A DNA stretch of 64,000 bases from Betaproteobacteria bacterium. Its GTDB lineage: Bacteria; Pseudomonadota; Gammaproteobacteria; Burkholderiales; Usitatibacteraceae. The notes under the pieces are model-generated. The model worked only from the letters and a program-made list of their open reading frames with translations. It was not told the DNA's origin and did no database searches. The position numbers and the translations under genes are program-made. Position 1 is the first letter of the stretch. The number at the start of each line of letters is the position of its first letter. This document shows, piece after piece, positions 17,865 through 26,714 of the stretch. The stretch lies in the NCBI GenBank assembly GCA_040006575.1, contig JBDTWS010000002.1, positions 1,380 to 65,379 on the forward strand, in the 5' to 3' direction.

Positions 17865-19526
17865 ATGAATATTCAAAATTTAAAGATAGTGCTGGCATCA
17901 GCGCTACTCTCAATCTGTACTTTTAGCAGCGTGCAAGCGCAAACGGCCGTATCCATAAATGGCACAGTGTGCGCCGGCGCCACGATTGTTTTCGGTGCGG
18001 GTGGAATCAATGTGAACGCAGCCGCGAATTGCGTCGGCACGACGGGACAAGTTCCATCGATCAACAACAGCACGCCAGCGAACGCCGACCAAGGGGCCTT
18101 CTATAGCCATTCCTTCTCGGCTAACGGATCTACGCCACTTTCCTGGGCCGTTACAAGTGGCGCTCTACCTGCCGGAATGGGAATCAACGCAACAACGGGG
18201 GTCGTAAGCGGGACACCGACGACAATCCAGACATACTCATTTTCTGTAACAGCATCCAACACCTTCGGTACCAGTGCGCCGCTCTCGACGTCCATCAATG
18301 TTGTCGCCCCAAGTGGCCCGCCCGTATTTGGAAATTCTCCACCTACAACTGCCAGCATCGGCACAGCGTATAGTCATCAGTACACGGCAACCGGCGCCGC
18401 TCCCATTGCGTACTCCATAGTCTCTGGAGTTCCTCCATCTGGAATAACGTTGAGCCCCACAGGTCTGCTGGCGGGAGCGCCACTTGCAGGTGCGGTCACT
18501 TCAGCGTTTACAGTGCAAGCGTCGAATAGTGTTTCCACAACGACGCAAGCCGTCAACATCGCAATCATTGCTTTGGTGGGACCGACGATTACCAGCTTTG
18601 CACCGCCCGCGGGAACTGTGAATGCCGCCTACACGTACACATTTGCAGCGAGTGGTTCTGCACCAATTACGTGGGACAAGGCCACTGGCACATTGCCCCC
18701 TGGCTTGACGATCTCGGCAGCTGGAGTACTTAGCGGGACGCCCACGACAGCAGGTACTTACACCTTCACAGCAAGGGCCACAAATTCGGTAACAAATGCG
18801 GTGTCTGCGAACATTAGCATTACAATTTCCCCACCAATTAGCAGCGGTGGGTTCGGCTCAGCCGACATTAACGGCAACCCGATCCCAGCGCCAGTGTCAC
18901 GCGTAGCCAAAGCGATTCTGGCGCCTCACGCAGGACCTAACGGCGGTGGCGGACAAGGCGGGCTTGATGCCAATACAATCAATGCTTGGTCTGTCGATCC
19001 AACGGTATGCTCCAACGCGACACCCGGCATCAGCACACTGTGGTATCACAATGTTAGCCTGCTTGACTACGGCAGCCAATCCGCAATCGAATACTTTGAC
19101 TTCCAACCCAATCAGGCGATTACCTACGCATTTATGTCGCCACAACCCACGACAACCCAGGAAGCCGCAAACGGGCAGGTCGGACGTCTCTTTATCACGC
19201 AAGGTCCTAGCGGTACACCTGCATCTTCGTTTGTATCTGTGTCAACCTCTCCATGCGATTTTGATGTCACAAAGATCGCATCCGGAAACAAATGCTACGC
19301 AACCGGGTCAAACGAGAATGGCTTTACATTCCAGGTTACCGGCGGTGTTGGCGTTGGCACGGTGTGCAAAATGGCGCCGAACACCAAGTACTATTTGAAT
19401 ATTCGCTTCCAGGATGCGCGTCCCGCACCAACAGGAACACCAACGCTAGATGCATGTACGACGCAACTGTCGACGCGGCCGGGTTCAAGTACCTGCGGAG
19501 TATTGCTGCAAATCCAAACTTACTAA
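17865..19526 (+). CDS. secreted protein with three He_PIG (putative Ig) repeats and an unknown Cys-containing C-terminal domain
   Basis: ATG at 17865 preceded by SD AAGAGGA. Signal peptide MNIQNLKIVLASALLSICTFSSVQA|Q. The repeats carry the LPxGxxxxxxTGxxSGTPT signature. Confidence 0.8.
   Translation: MNIQNLKIVLASALLSICTFSSVQAQTAVSINGTVCAGATIVFGAGGINVNAAANCVGTTGQVPSINNSTPANADQGAFYSHSFSANGSTPLSWAVTSGALPAGMGINATTGVVSGTPTTIQTYSFSVTASNTFGTSAPLSTSINVVAPSGPPVFGNSPPTTASIGTAYSHQYTATGAAPIAYSIVSGVPPSGITLSPTGLLAGAPLAGAVTSAFTVQASNSVSTTTQAVNIAIIALVGPTITSFAPPAGTVNAAYTYTFAASGSAPITWDKATGTLPPGLTISAAGVLSGTPTTAGTYTFTARATNSVTNAVSANISITISPPISSGGFGSADINGNPIPAPVSRVAKAILAPHAGPNGGGGQGGLDANTINAWSVDPTVCSNATPGISTLWYHNVSLLDYGSQSAIEYFDFQPNQAITYAFMSPQPTTTQEAANGQVGRLFITQGPSGTPASSFVSVSTSPCDFDVTKIASGNKCYATGSNENGFTFQVTGGVGVGTVCKMAPNTKYYLNIRFQDARPAPTGTPTLDACTTQLSTRPGSSTCGVLLQIQTY
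18075..18836 (+). repeat. three tandem ~85-aa He_PIG-type Ig-like repeats (protein level)
   Basis: The repeat cores are YSHSFSANGSTPLSWAVTSGALPAGMGINATTGVVSGTPTT, YSHQYTATGAAPIAYSIVSGVPPSGITLSPTGLLAGAPL and YTYTFAASGSAPITWDKATGTLPPGLTISAAGVLSGTPTT. Confidence 0.75.
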
Positions 19527-19549
19527 TACTGCCGTAAGTTTTACAAACT

Positions 19550-19582
19550 CGCAGGCGGAATTTATTTCCGCCTGCGTTTTTT
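19550..19582 (+). terminator. rho-independent terminator
   Basis: CGCAGGCGGAAtttatTTCCGCCTGCGtttttt: 11-bp stem followed by a T6 tract. It ends 14 nt before the PPIase start codon. Confidence 0.75.
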
Positions 19583-19595
19583 CATAAAGACGTCC

Positions 19596-20537
19596 ATGAA
19601 ACTCGCAAAAAAAATTCTGTTCCTCGCATTTACCACATTGCTGCCAATTGCCGCATATTCACAGACCCCCCTTCCCAGGGACAAGGTGCTCGCATCAAAC
19701 CCGCGCGCCACAGTGACATACGCTGATTTTGAAGCGGAGATGGCTCGCATTCCGCAAAGGGATCAATACGAATTCATGATGGACAAGGATCGCATCGCGA
19801 CCCTGGTCGACAATATTCTGATCAACAAGACACTGGCAATTGAGGCTCGCGAAAACAAGCTCGAAAACAATGTGCAGGCCCAGGCTGAAATTAGCAATCA
19901 CACTGACAAGGTGCTGGCTAAATATCGCGGCCTGCAAATCCAGAACTCCGCTCCAAAGATCGATTACCTGCCACGCGCCCGCGAAATATATCTCGCTAAC
20001 CCGGAGCGATTCACGTCTGCGCCGCTATATGACGTTTGGCATGTCCTGGTCAATTTCACCGGACGGACCAAGGAGCAGGCAAAAGTTCGGGCTGATGAAC
20101 TGCGCGCCAGACTCGTCGCTGGAGAGTCTCCCGAAAAAATAGCAGCCGAGAACTCGGACGATGGCTTCGCAAAAACCGACAAGGGCAATCTCGGACCTTC
20201 CGACCTGAAGACCTATGACGTGAGATTTGCCGCGGCCGTCCGTAAGCTGAAACCAGGTGAGTTTTCCCCGGTTTTTGAATCGGAGTTTGGGTTTCATGTC
20301 GCCAAGCTCCGCGCTTACAAAGCAGCGGTAAAGCTCCCGTTTGAAACGGTAAAAGCAGCGCTTATTAATGAGGCAGAGGACCAGTATCTCAACTCCGTTT
20401 GGGAAGCGCACCTGCGAAAGATCCGGAACGATCCCAAGCTTTTTGTAGACGTCGAAGCGCTTGAACAGTTGCGCCCGAAGGTCGCGCCCGTACCATCCGC
20501 CCTGCCGTTGCCCGGCGCGTCGCCAAAATCGAAGTGA
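19596..20537 (+). CDS. periplasmic parvulin-type peptidyl-prolyl cis-trans isomerase (SurA/PpiD/EpsD-like)
   Basis: Signal peptide MKLAKKILFLAFTTLLPIAAYS. PpiC/rotamase domain (VWHVLVNF...GNLGPSDL...FESEFGFHVAKL). Confidence 0.85.
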   Translation: MKLAKKILFLAFTTLLPIAAYSQTPLPRDKVLASNPRATVTYADFEAEMARIPQRDQYEFMMDKDRIATLVDNILINKTLAIEARENKLENNVQAQAEISNHTDKVLAKYRGLQIQNSAPKIDYLPRAREIYLANPERFTSAPLYDVWHVLVNFTGRTKEQAKVRADELRARLVAGESPEKIAAENSDDGFAKTDKGNLGPSDLKTYDVRFAAAVRKLKPGEFSPVFESEFGFHVAKLRAYKAAVKLPFETVKAALINEAEDQYLNSVWEAHLRKIRNDPKLFVDVEALEQLRPKVAPVPSALPLPGASPKSK

Positions 20538-20544
20538 CCCACAA

Positions 20545-21321
20545 TTGCTCGCAAAGGGAAACTCACTGCTGCTGGCGCGCTTCACCGAGCGTGAAATCTT
20601 CACGCGCTTCGCCGGCAGCACCCTAGGGTTTCTCTGGGCGCTGCTGGGCCCTTTGCTGCTGCTCGGAATCTATTCGTTCGTATTCGGTCAGTTATTCCAG
20701 CAACGCCAAGGTGACCTGGCCACGGACAGCTACACGCTTTTCGTAGCCATTGCACTCTGGCCGTGGATGATGTTTTCCGATGGCGTGCTGCGCTGCATGC
20801 AGAGTATCCACACCAACGCAGCGTTGGTGAAGAAAGTAGCATTTCCGCACTTGCTGCTCGTCCTTGCAGCCAATAACAGCGTGTTTCTAGTCCATCTGGC
20901 CGGCTACGTCGCCGTACTGGCGGTGCTGGCTCTTGCAGGTTCCAGCATCGATCTGGCCGGCATCCCCGTCGTCCTGATGTCAATCATCACGCTATACCTT
21001 TTCTCGCTTGCGTTGGGCGCGATACTCGCCGCCATGCAAACGCTGTTGAGGGATGTTGAACAGGCTATAGCGCCCGCAATGATGATGCTCTATTACCTGA
21101 CGCCAGTTTTGTATCCGATAACTTTGATTCCGATGCAATATCGCCACTGGCTAACCTGGAATCCATTGGCATACGTCATTCAGCGCATGCGTGATGGCCT
21201 TCTATTGGGACAAGGGTTGCAAATGGGTGACTTCGGCATGCTTTTCGCCGGCGTTGTCGCAGCGATCCTGGGCGTTGCATTCTTCATCCGACTCTCACCG
21301 TACTTCGAAGATTTCCTGTAG
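20545..21321 (+). CDS. wzm: ABC-2 type polysaccharide export permease
   Basis: Six hydrophobic segments. The N-terminus RFTEREIFTRFAGSTLGFLWALLGPLL is typical of Wzm/KpsM/TagG. The start is uncertain: TTG at 20545 avoids overlap with the PPIase gene, whereas the ORF track extends to 20461. Confidence 0.8.
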   Translation: MLAKGNSLLLARFTEREIFTRFAGSTLGFLWALLGPLLLLGIYSFVFGQLFQQRQGDLATDSYTLFVAIALWPWMMFSDGVLRCMQSIHTNAALVKKVAFPHLLLVLAANNSVFLVHLAGYVAVLAVLALAGSSIDLAGIPVVLMSIITLYLFSLALGAILAAMQTLLRDVEQAIAPAMMMLYYLTPVLYPITLIPMQYRHWLTWNPLAYVIQRMRDGLLLGQGLQMGDFGMLFAGVVAAILGVAFFIRLSPYFEDFL

Positions 21322-21470
21322 CGCGAGCATCGAAGCGCCATCAAACACGCTGACGTAGCACCAGGGCTCAACGCCAGCCAACGTAGGCCCTCGTTTATAA
21401 TTGCGGCCACAGCACTACTCCCAATCCCGCCAATCCCGCCAGGGCATTTTCACTATTTCCGTTTGTTACA

Positions 21471-22691
21471 TTGTCAACCTCAACCACAGACAAACTTGTC
21501 CGGATAGTCGGCATCGGCAAGGACTATCCCATCATCCGTACCGGTTCCGGCCGGCTGCAAACGATATTTGAGCTGCTCAGCGGTCGCGCAGTCCATGAGT
21601 ACTACCGCGCGCTAAACGACGTCTCACTCACGATTGTGCGAGGAGAGTCGTGGGGCATCATCGGCGAAAACGGAGCGGGGAAATCGACGCTCATGAAAAT
21701 CATCGCGGGCGTCGTCAAGCCATCGCGAGGCACCGTCGAAGTGCGCGGTCGGATCAGCGCCTTGCTAGAACTGGGAACCGGCTTCCACCCTGAATATACC
21801 GGGCGCGACAATATATTCCTTGCCTCAGCCCTGATGGGTTGGAGCCGGGCAGAAACCAGCGCTCGCATTGAAGAAATTCTCGAGTTCGCCGATATCGGCA
21901 CGCACGTGGACCAGCCTGTGAAAACCTATTCCTCCGGGATGGTCGTGCGACTCGGATTTGCGGTCGCCACCGCGCTTACGCCGGAGCTGCTTGTTACCGA
22001 CGAAGTCCTCGCAGTGGGCGACGAATCGTTCCAGAAAAAATGCCTTCGATGGATGGAAAATTTCCGTGCGCGCGGCGGCACGCTGCTGCTGTGCTCACAC
22101 AGCATGTATCACATCCAGTCGCTTTGCCAGAACGCCATCTGGATCCATGAAGGTCGCGTTCACATGCAGGGCGAGTCTTTCGCCGTCACACAGGCATATC
22201 TCGCGTACCACGAAGCAAAGAATCGCCGAGAAGCTACTCCCGTCGCCAGCGAGCTCGCCCAAGGCTCACCCTATCCCATGCTGGAATCGGTCTGGGTGGA
22301 AGATGCCAACGTGGCGGAACGCAACATTTTTGAAATGGGTGAAAACATTTCACTGTGTGGAATTTTCACCAACCCGGATGACCAGGCCACAGTCATCATG
22401 ACTGGAATCACCCGAATGGATGGCACGCCCGTGTTCGGTACGTTTTCCAACGATGCCGGGTTTGCCGCCAATCGACTGTCGGCCGGCCGCTTTGGTTTCC
22501 GTTTAACCCTCGATGCGCAGACCCTGCTGCCGGGTGTGTACCAGCTTCGCGCGCACACGCTGGATGAACATGGTCTCCGTCTCTTCGATACGCGGGAAGT
22601 CCAGATCACGGTGAGTGGCAAGACTCGCGATCATGGCCTCGTTCGACTTTCACATCAATGGTGCCCAGGGCACGAACGCAAATCCGCATGA
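21471..22691 (+). CDS. wzt: polysaccharide export ABC ATPase with C-terminal glycan-binding-type domain
   Basis: Walker A GENGAGKSTL, signature YSSGM, Walker B LLVTDEVLAVGD. An extra ~150-aa beta-rich C-terminal domain (nt ~22233-22691) resembles Wzt_C. TTG start. Confidence 0.9.
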   Translation: MSTSTTDKLVRIVGIGKDYPIIRTGSGRLQTIFELLSGRAVHEYYRALNDVSLTIVRGESWGIIGENGAGKSTLMKIIAGVVKPSRGTVEVRGRISALLELGTGFHPEYTGRDNIFLASALMGWSRAETSARIEEILEFADIGTHVDQPVKTYSSGMVVRLGFAVATALTPELLVTDEVLAVGDESFQKKCLRWMENFRARGGTLLLCSHSMYHIQSLCQNAIWIHEGRVHMQGESFAVTQAYLAYHEAKNRREATPVASELAQGSPYPMLESVWVEDANVAERNIFEMGENISLCGIFTNPDDQATVIMTGITRMDGTPVFGTFSNDAGFAANRLSAGRFGFRLTLDAQTLLPGVYQLRAHTLDEHGLRLFDTREVQITVSGKTRDHGLVRLSHQWCPGHERKSA

Positions 22692-25600
22692 GCAGCAACC
22701 CGCTGACATTCGAACAAAAGCAACTCGCCAATGGCGCACTGGCACACCAGAATGCCGGACGCTACGCCGATGCAGCCCAGGCGTACGCGGCGCTGCTATC
22801 CCAGGTGCCACACCTGTGGCCAGCCTGTTACAACCTCGGGCTCGTATACCAGCATCTCGGCCGGCTACCCGAAGCAGCCGAAATGTACGCCCGTGCCGTA
22901 CAACTGAATCCCAATCTGGCCGAAGGCTACAACAACCTGGGAAACGTCCTCAAGTCGCTCAAGAACACGGATGCAGCCATCGAGGCCTATCGCCAGGCAC
23001 TCGCCCTTAATGCCGGGCTGTCGGAGGCCGCATATAACCTCGCGACAATGTTGCAGGCCGGCGGAGAACACCAGCAAGCCATCGACTCACTGCGACAGGC
23101 GACCGCCGTCAATCCCGCGCACGGAAATGCGTGGGATGCGCTATACCGGGGCCTCCTGGCCGGCGGGCGCACAGACGATGCGGTACTGGCATTCCTCGAA
23201 TGGGAAAAGTCGGCGGAACTGTCGCCGGAAATGGTCGTGGCGGGCCTGGCGCTATGCCGTCCGATGGGGGACACGGAACGGGAGACAAAATACGTCGAAC
23301 TCGCCCTGGCGTGGCCGTTTGCTGAATTCACGCCGGACCAGTACGCGCCGATCGTCGGCATGATCCAATACTTCGACGTCACGCGGGAATCCATCCTGCT
23401 GTGCTATCGCCGTTTCGACAGTGCCGTTAATGAACAGCATGTCCCGGTCGTGCCGTTGCTTCCGCGCCGTAGCGCGGATACTCGCTTGCGAGTGGGCTAC
23501 GTCTCAGGTGATTTCCGCCAGCATGTGATGGGACGCATGATGCTGGATGTCATCGCGCGACATGATCGCTCGCGTTTCGGCGTGCTTCTCATTTCAACTT
23601 GCGCACCGGCGCAGCACGATGCCACAACGACGCAGTTTCGCTCGATGGTCGACGGTTTTGCCGACATCAGCCACCTTGATGATTTTTCGGCCGCCAAAAT
23701 CATTGCCGAAGCAGACATCGACGTCCTGGTGGACCTGGGAGGTCAAACGAACAGCGCCCGCCCTGGCATCTACGCATACCGCCCCGCGCGATCCATCGTT
23801 ACGCACCTCGGCTATCACGGTTGCCTGGGAATGAGCTCGGTCGATTACAAATTTACCGACCGCATCGCCGATTTGCCCGATGCGGCAATTTTCCAGATCG
23901 AAAAACCCTACGCCCTTCAGTCCTGCATTTTTCCGTTTGTGCGTGTTCCACCATTGCGCCAGGCGCCCGAACTGGTGCCGGACAAAGACCTTGATGGAAA
24001 ATTTGTTTTTGCGGCGTTCCTGAATGTATTGAAACTCTCGCCGCGCTGCCTGCGCATGTGGCGGCGCGTACTGGATGCCGTGCCTGAAGCAATGCTCCTT
24101 TTTTCGCCGCTGGATGCGGCCGAGAAAAATTCAATTGCACGCGTTACCGACAGTGCCGGCATTGATGCAAACAGGATCGCCGTTCTTGAGCCAGTACGGG
24201 GCGATGCAGCACTGCGCTCACGCTATCGTATCGCCAACGCGGTGATGGATACATCGCCCTACGCTGGTGGCGACACCACACTGGCTGCGCTGGACATGGG
24301 CGTGCCGGTCGTTACGTTGGCCGGACAGCGGCAGAGCGAAAGGGTCGGCGCCAGCATTCTCGGCCACCTGAATTTGCAGGAACTGGTTGCCGCGTCCGAA
24401 GACGATTTCGTCGCACTCGCCGTGAAACTTGCACGCGACACGCAGTTCATGGAAGCGTGCCGGAAAAAAATCGCACAGGAATTCGAAACCGCACTAGCAA
24501 GGGCGGACGATCATACGCGCGCACTTGAGGCCGCCTTCATCGACATCGCGTCGCGTAGCCCGGTAACCGCATCGATGTCACTCACAGCACGACAGTTTTT
24601 CACCACGCTTCACGACGCCATGCGCCGCCAGGAAAAAGCGTCCGGCGATACTGAAAAACGTGCAATCGCGGCCGTATTTGCTGCGTTACGCGTCGAGCAA
24701 CCCGACTATCCGCCTTTGCTGCGAGCACAGGGGCAGCTCGCGCAAGACATGAGGGATCTTGCGCTGGCTTCCGACTGCCTTGGCACGCTGCTCAAGTATT
24801 TGCCGGGAGATGTCGACACACGTCTCACGCTGGCCGGATTCCTGATCGACCGGGGAAACGCAAAAGATGCACTGGACATCCTCGAGGATGCATCCACCGT
24901 GGGCAGCAATGTTCGTAGCCTGCTGCTGCAGACACGCGCATACAGCCAGTTGCGGCAATGGGAGAGTGCACTCAAATGCAGTGAACCCGCAATTGCCCTG
25001 GAACCTGCAAATACCCAGGCACTGTTCTGGCACGGCACCGTTCTCTCGCACGTTGGCGAAGTCAATGCCGCACTCACTTACCTGAACCAGGCGCTCATTC
25101 TTGCGCCATCTCATACCGACGTGGCCTCTGCGGCTTACAACGCAGGTGTCCTGCTAAGCGAATCAGGAAACCACGTCGATGCAGAAAAAGTATTCCGTCG
25201 TGCGATGGCCGCCGACCCATCGCCGCCTGTACAGCTGCGACTGCTGCAAACCCTCAACATGCAAAAGCGCCATGACGATTGGCTCGTTGAAGCGCAGCGG
25301 TTTGTCGCGGCATTTCCAGGCCTGGAATACGCGACGCTGCTGGAAAGCCGGATTGCCCGGCGCCAGGGCAACCTGAAACGCGAGGCGGAACTTCTCTATC
25401 CGCTGGCCGAGCAGGTAGCGCAGATGAAAGATGATGTGACCGCATTCGAGCTGGCTGCTGAATTATCCGGTCTCCTGCCGTTTCACGATGTTTCACCCCG
25501 CTTGTTGGACCGGTTGCAGGACAGATTTGCCAGTGCGTCAAAAGCGCTGCACCCAGCGCGCGCCGATGTAGCGAGGGCGAACACCGTCCCGGAACGCGAG

Positions 25601-26707
25601 AAGACCCGGCTGGGATATCTGGTTGACCTGAGCATTCCCTTTGCGCAAGAAACCATCGCGTCGCTCGTGCGGCTGCACGATCGTGATCTATTTACCACTG
25701 CGGTTTTCACCGTAAGCCCGCCACACGTAAAAATGATGCCGGACGCTGGAATAGAGGCAACGGACTGGGTGTCGTTGGCAGGGCTCGATGAAGATCGTTG
25801 CGCAGTCGCGATCGGGGCGCACAAAATTGACGTCTTGATTGACGCGTCCGCTTTTGGCGACTTCTCCAGGCCCGGTCTGCTGTCTCTTCGCCCGGCGCTA
25901 TTGCAAATCGCGATGCCGGCGATGGCCAGGCCTGCCGCCATCGGCGAACATGATTTCGTGCTGACGGATCGGCACTTGCAACTGGTGAGCGACAAAGCCG
26001 AATCGCTGCGCCGAAACTTGTTCGTCGAAGGGTGCGCCCTGCCAATCTCTGCACCGGCGCAGGGTGACAGCGATGCACAATCGAATTTATCGACCAGGGA
26101 ATCACTCGGCATCAAAGCGGGTGCCACGGTATTCGGCGTGCTCGCCACCGCAGAGCAACTGTCTTCCCGCTGTGTGGCGCTGTGGCAATCACTGCTCGCG
26201 CGCGCCCCAAACGCGGTGCTATTGCTGGCGCCGCCAGATACCGGGGACGTCGCGATCATGCGAAATATTCTGCGGACAGCCGGGATAGACGCAGCGCGGA
26301 TCATCTCGCACCCCTACAGCAACGGTGCAGCGACGCGAGCCCCGGGCCTGGTGGATATCATCCTCGACACGGTTCCCGGCAGTGATTATTCAAGTGTGCG
26401 GGCATCGTTGCTGGAATCCATTCCCCTTGTTACCGCGGCGGGGAAAACCATCGCAGAGCGCGTTGCACTCAGTGTCCTCACCAGCCTTGGAGAAAAATCC
26501 ACCATTGCCGAGAGTGGCCGCGAATACGTCGACATTGCGGTGGACCTCGCAACACATGCCGACAAACGAAACGCGCTGGCGTCAAGGCTGAACTCCCTGT
26601 GGTCGGCCGCATCTCAACCCGGCATGCCCTTCGCCATGGACGCTTACGTGAAGCGCATCGAAGCCGCGATCAGCCACGCGGCCAATTTGAATTCCATGCA
26701 GCAGTGA
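22688..26707 (+). CDS. two-module TPR + GT41 (OGT/SPINDLY-like) glycosyltransferase protein
   Basis: ATG at 22688 overlaps the wzt stop (ATGA). It has a TPR block, a GT41-like module (RLRVGYVSGDFRQHV; DTSPYAGGDTTLAALDMGVPVVTLAG), a second TPR block, and a second, degenerate GT41-like module. Confidence 0.8.
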   Translation: MSSNPLTFEQKQLANGALAHQNAGRYADAAQAYAALLSQVPHLWPACYNLGLVYQHLGRLPEAAEMYARAVQLNPNLAEGYNNLGNVLKSLKNTDAAIEAYRQALALNAGLSEAAYNLATMLQAGGEHQQAIDSLRQATAVNPAHGNAWDALYRGLLAGGRTDDAVLAFLEWEKSAELSPEMVVAGLALCRPMGDTERETKYVELALAWPFAEFTPDQYAPIVGMIQYFDVTRESILLCYRRFDSAVNEQHVPVVPLLPRRSADTRLRVGYVSGDFRQHVMGRMMLDVIARHDRSRFGVLLISTCAPAQHDATTTQFRSMVDGFADISHLDDFSAAKIIAEADIDVLVDLGGQTNSARPGIYAYRPARSIVTHLGYHGCLGMSSVDYKFTDRIADLPDAAIFQIEKPYALQSCIFPFVRVPPLRQAPELVPDKDLDGKFVFAAFLNVLKLSPRCLRMWRRVLDAVPEAMLLFSPLDAAEKNSIARVTDSAGIDANRIAVLEPVRGDAALRSRYRIANAVMDTSPYAGGDTTLAALDMGVPVVTLAGQRQSERVGASILGHLNLQELVAASEDDFVALAVKLARDTQFMEACRKKIAQEFETALARADDHTRALEAAFIDIASRSPVTASMSLTARQFFTTLHDAMRRQEKASGDTEKRAIAAVFAALRVEQPDYPPLLRAQGQLAQDMRDLALASDCLGTLLKYLPGDVDTRLTLAGFLIDRGNAKDALDILEDASTVGSNVRSLLLQTRAYSQLRQWESALKCSEPAIALEPANTQALFWHGTVLSHVGEVNAALTYLNQALILAPSHTDVASAAYNAGVLLSESGNHVDAEKVFRRAMAADPSPPVQLRLLQTLNMQKRHDDWLVEAQRFVAAFPGLEYATLLESRIARRQGNLKREAELLYPLAEQVAQMKDDVTAFELAAELSGLLPFHDVSPRLLDRLQDRFASASKALHPARADVARANTVPEREKTRLGYLVDLSIPFAQETIASLVRLHDRDLFTTAVFTVSPPHVKMMPDAGIEATDWVSLAGLDEDRCAVAIGAHKIDVLIDASAFGDFSRPGLLSLRPALLQIAMPAMARPAAIGEHDFVLTDRHLQLVSDKAESLRRNLFVEGCALPISAPAQGDSDAQSNLSTRESLGIKAGATVFGVLATAEQLSSRCVALWQSLLARAPNAVLLLAPPDTGDVAIMRNILRTAGIDAARIISHPYSNGAATRAPGLVDIILDTVPGSDYSSVRASLLESIPLVTAAGKTIAERVALSVLTSLGEKSTIAESGREYVDIAVDLATHADKRNALASRLNSLWSAASQPGMPFAMDAYVKRIEAAISHAANLNSMQQ

Positions 26708-26714
26708 TCCGCCC

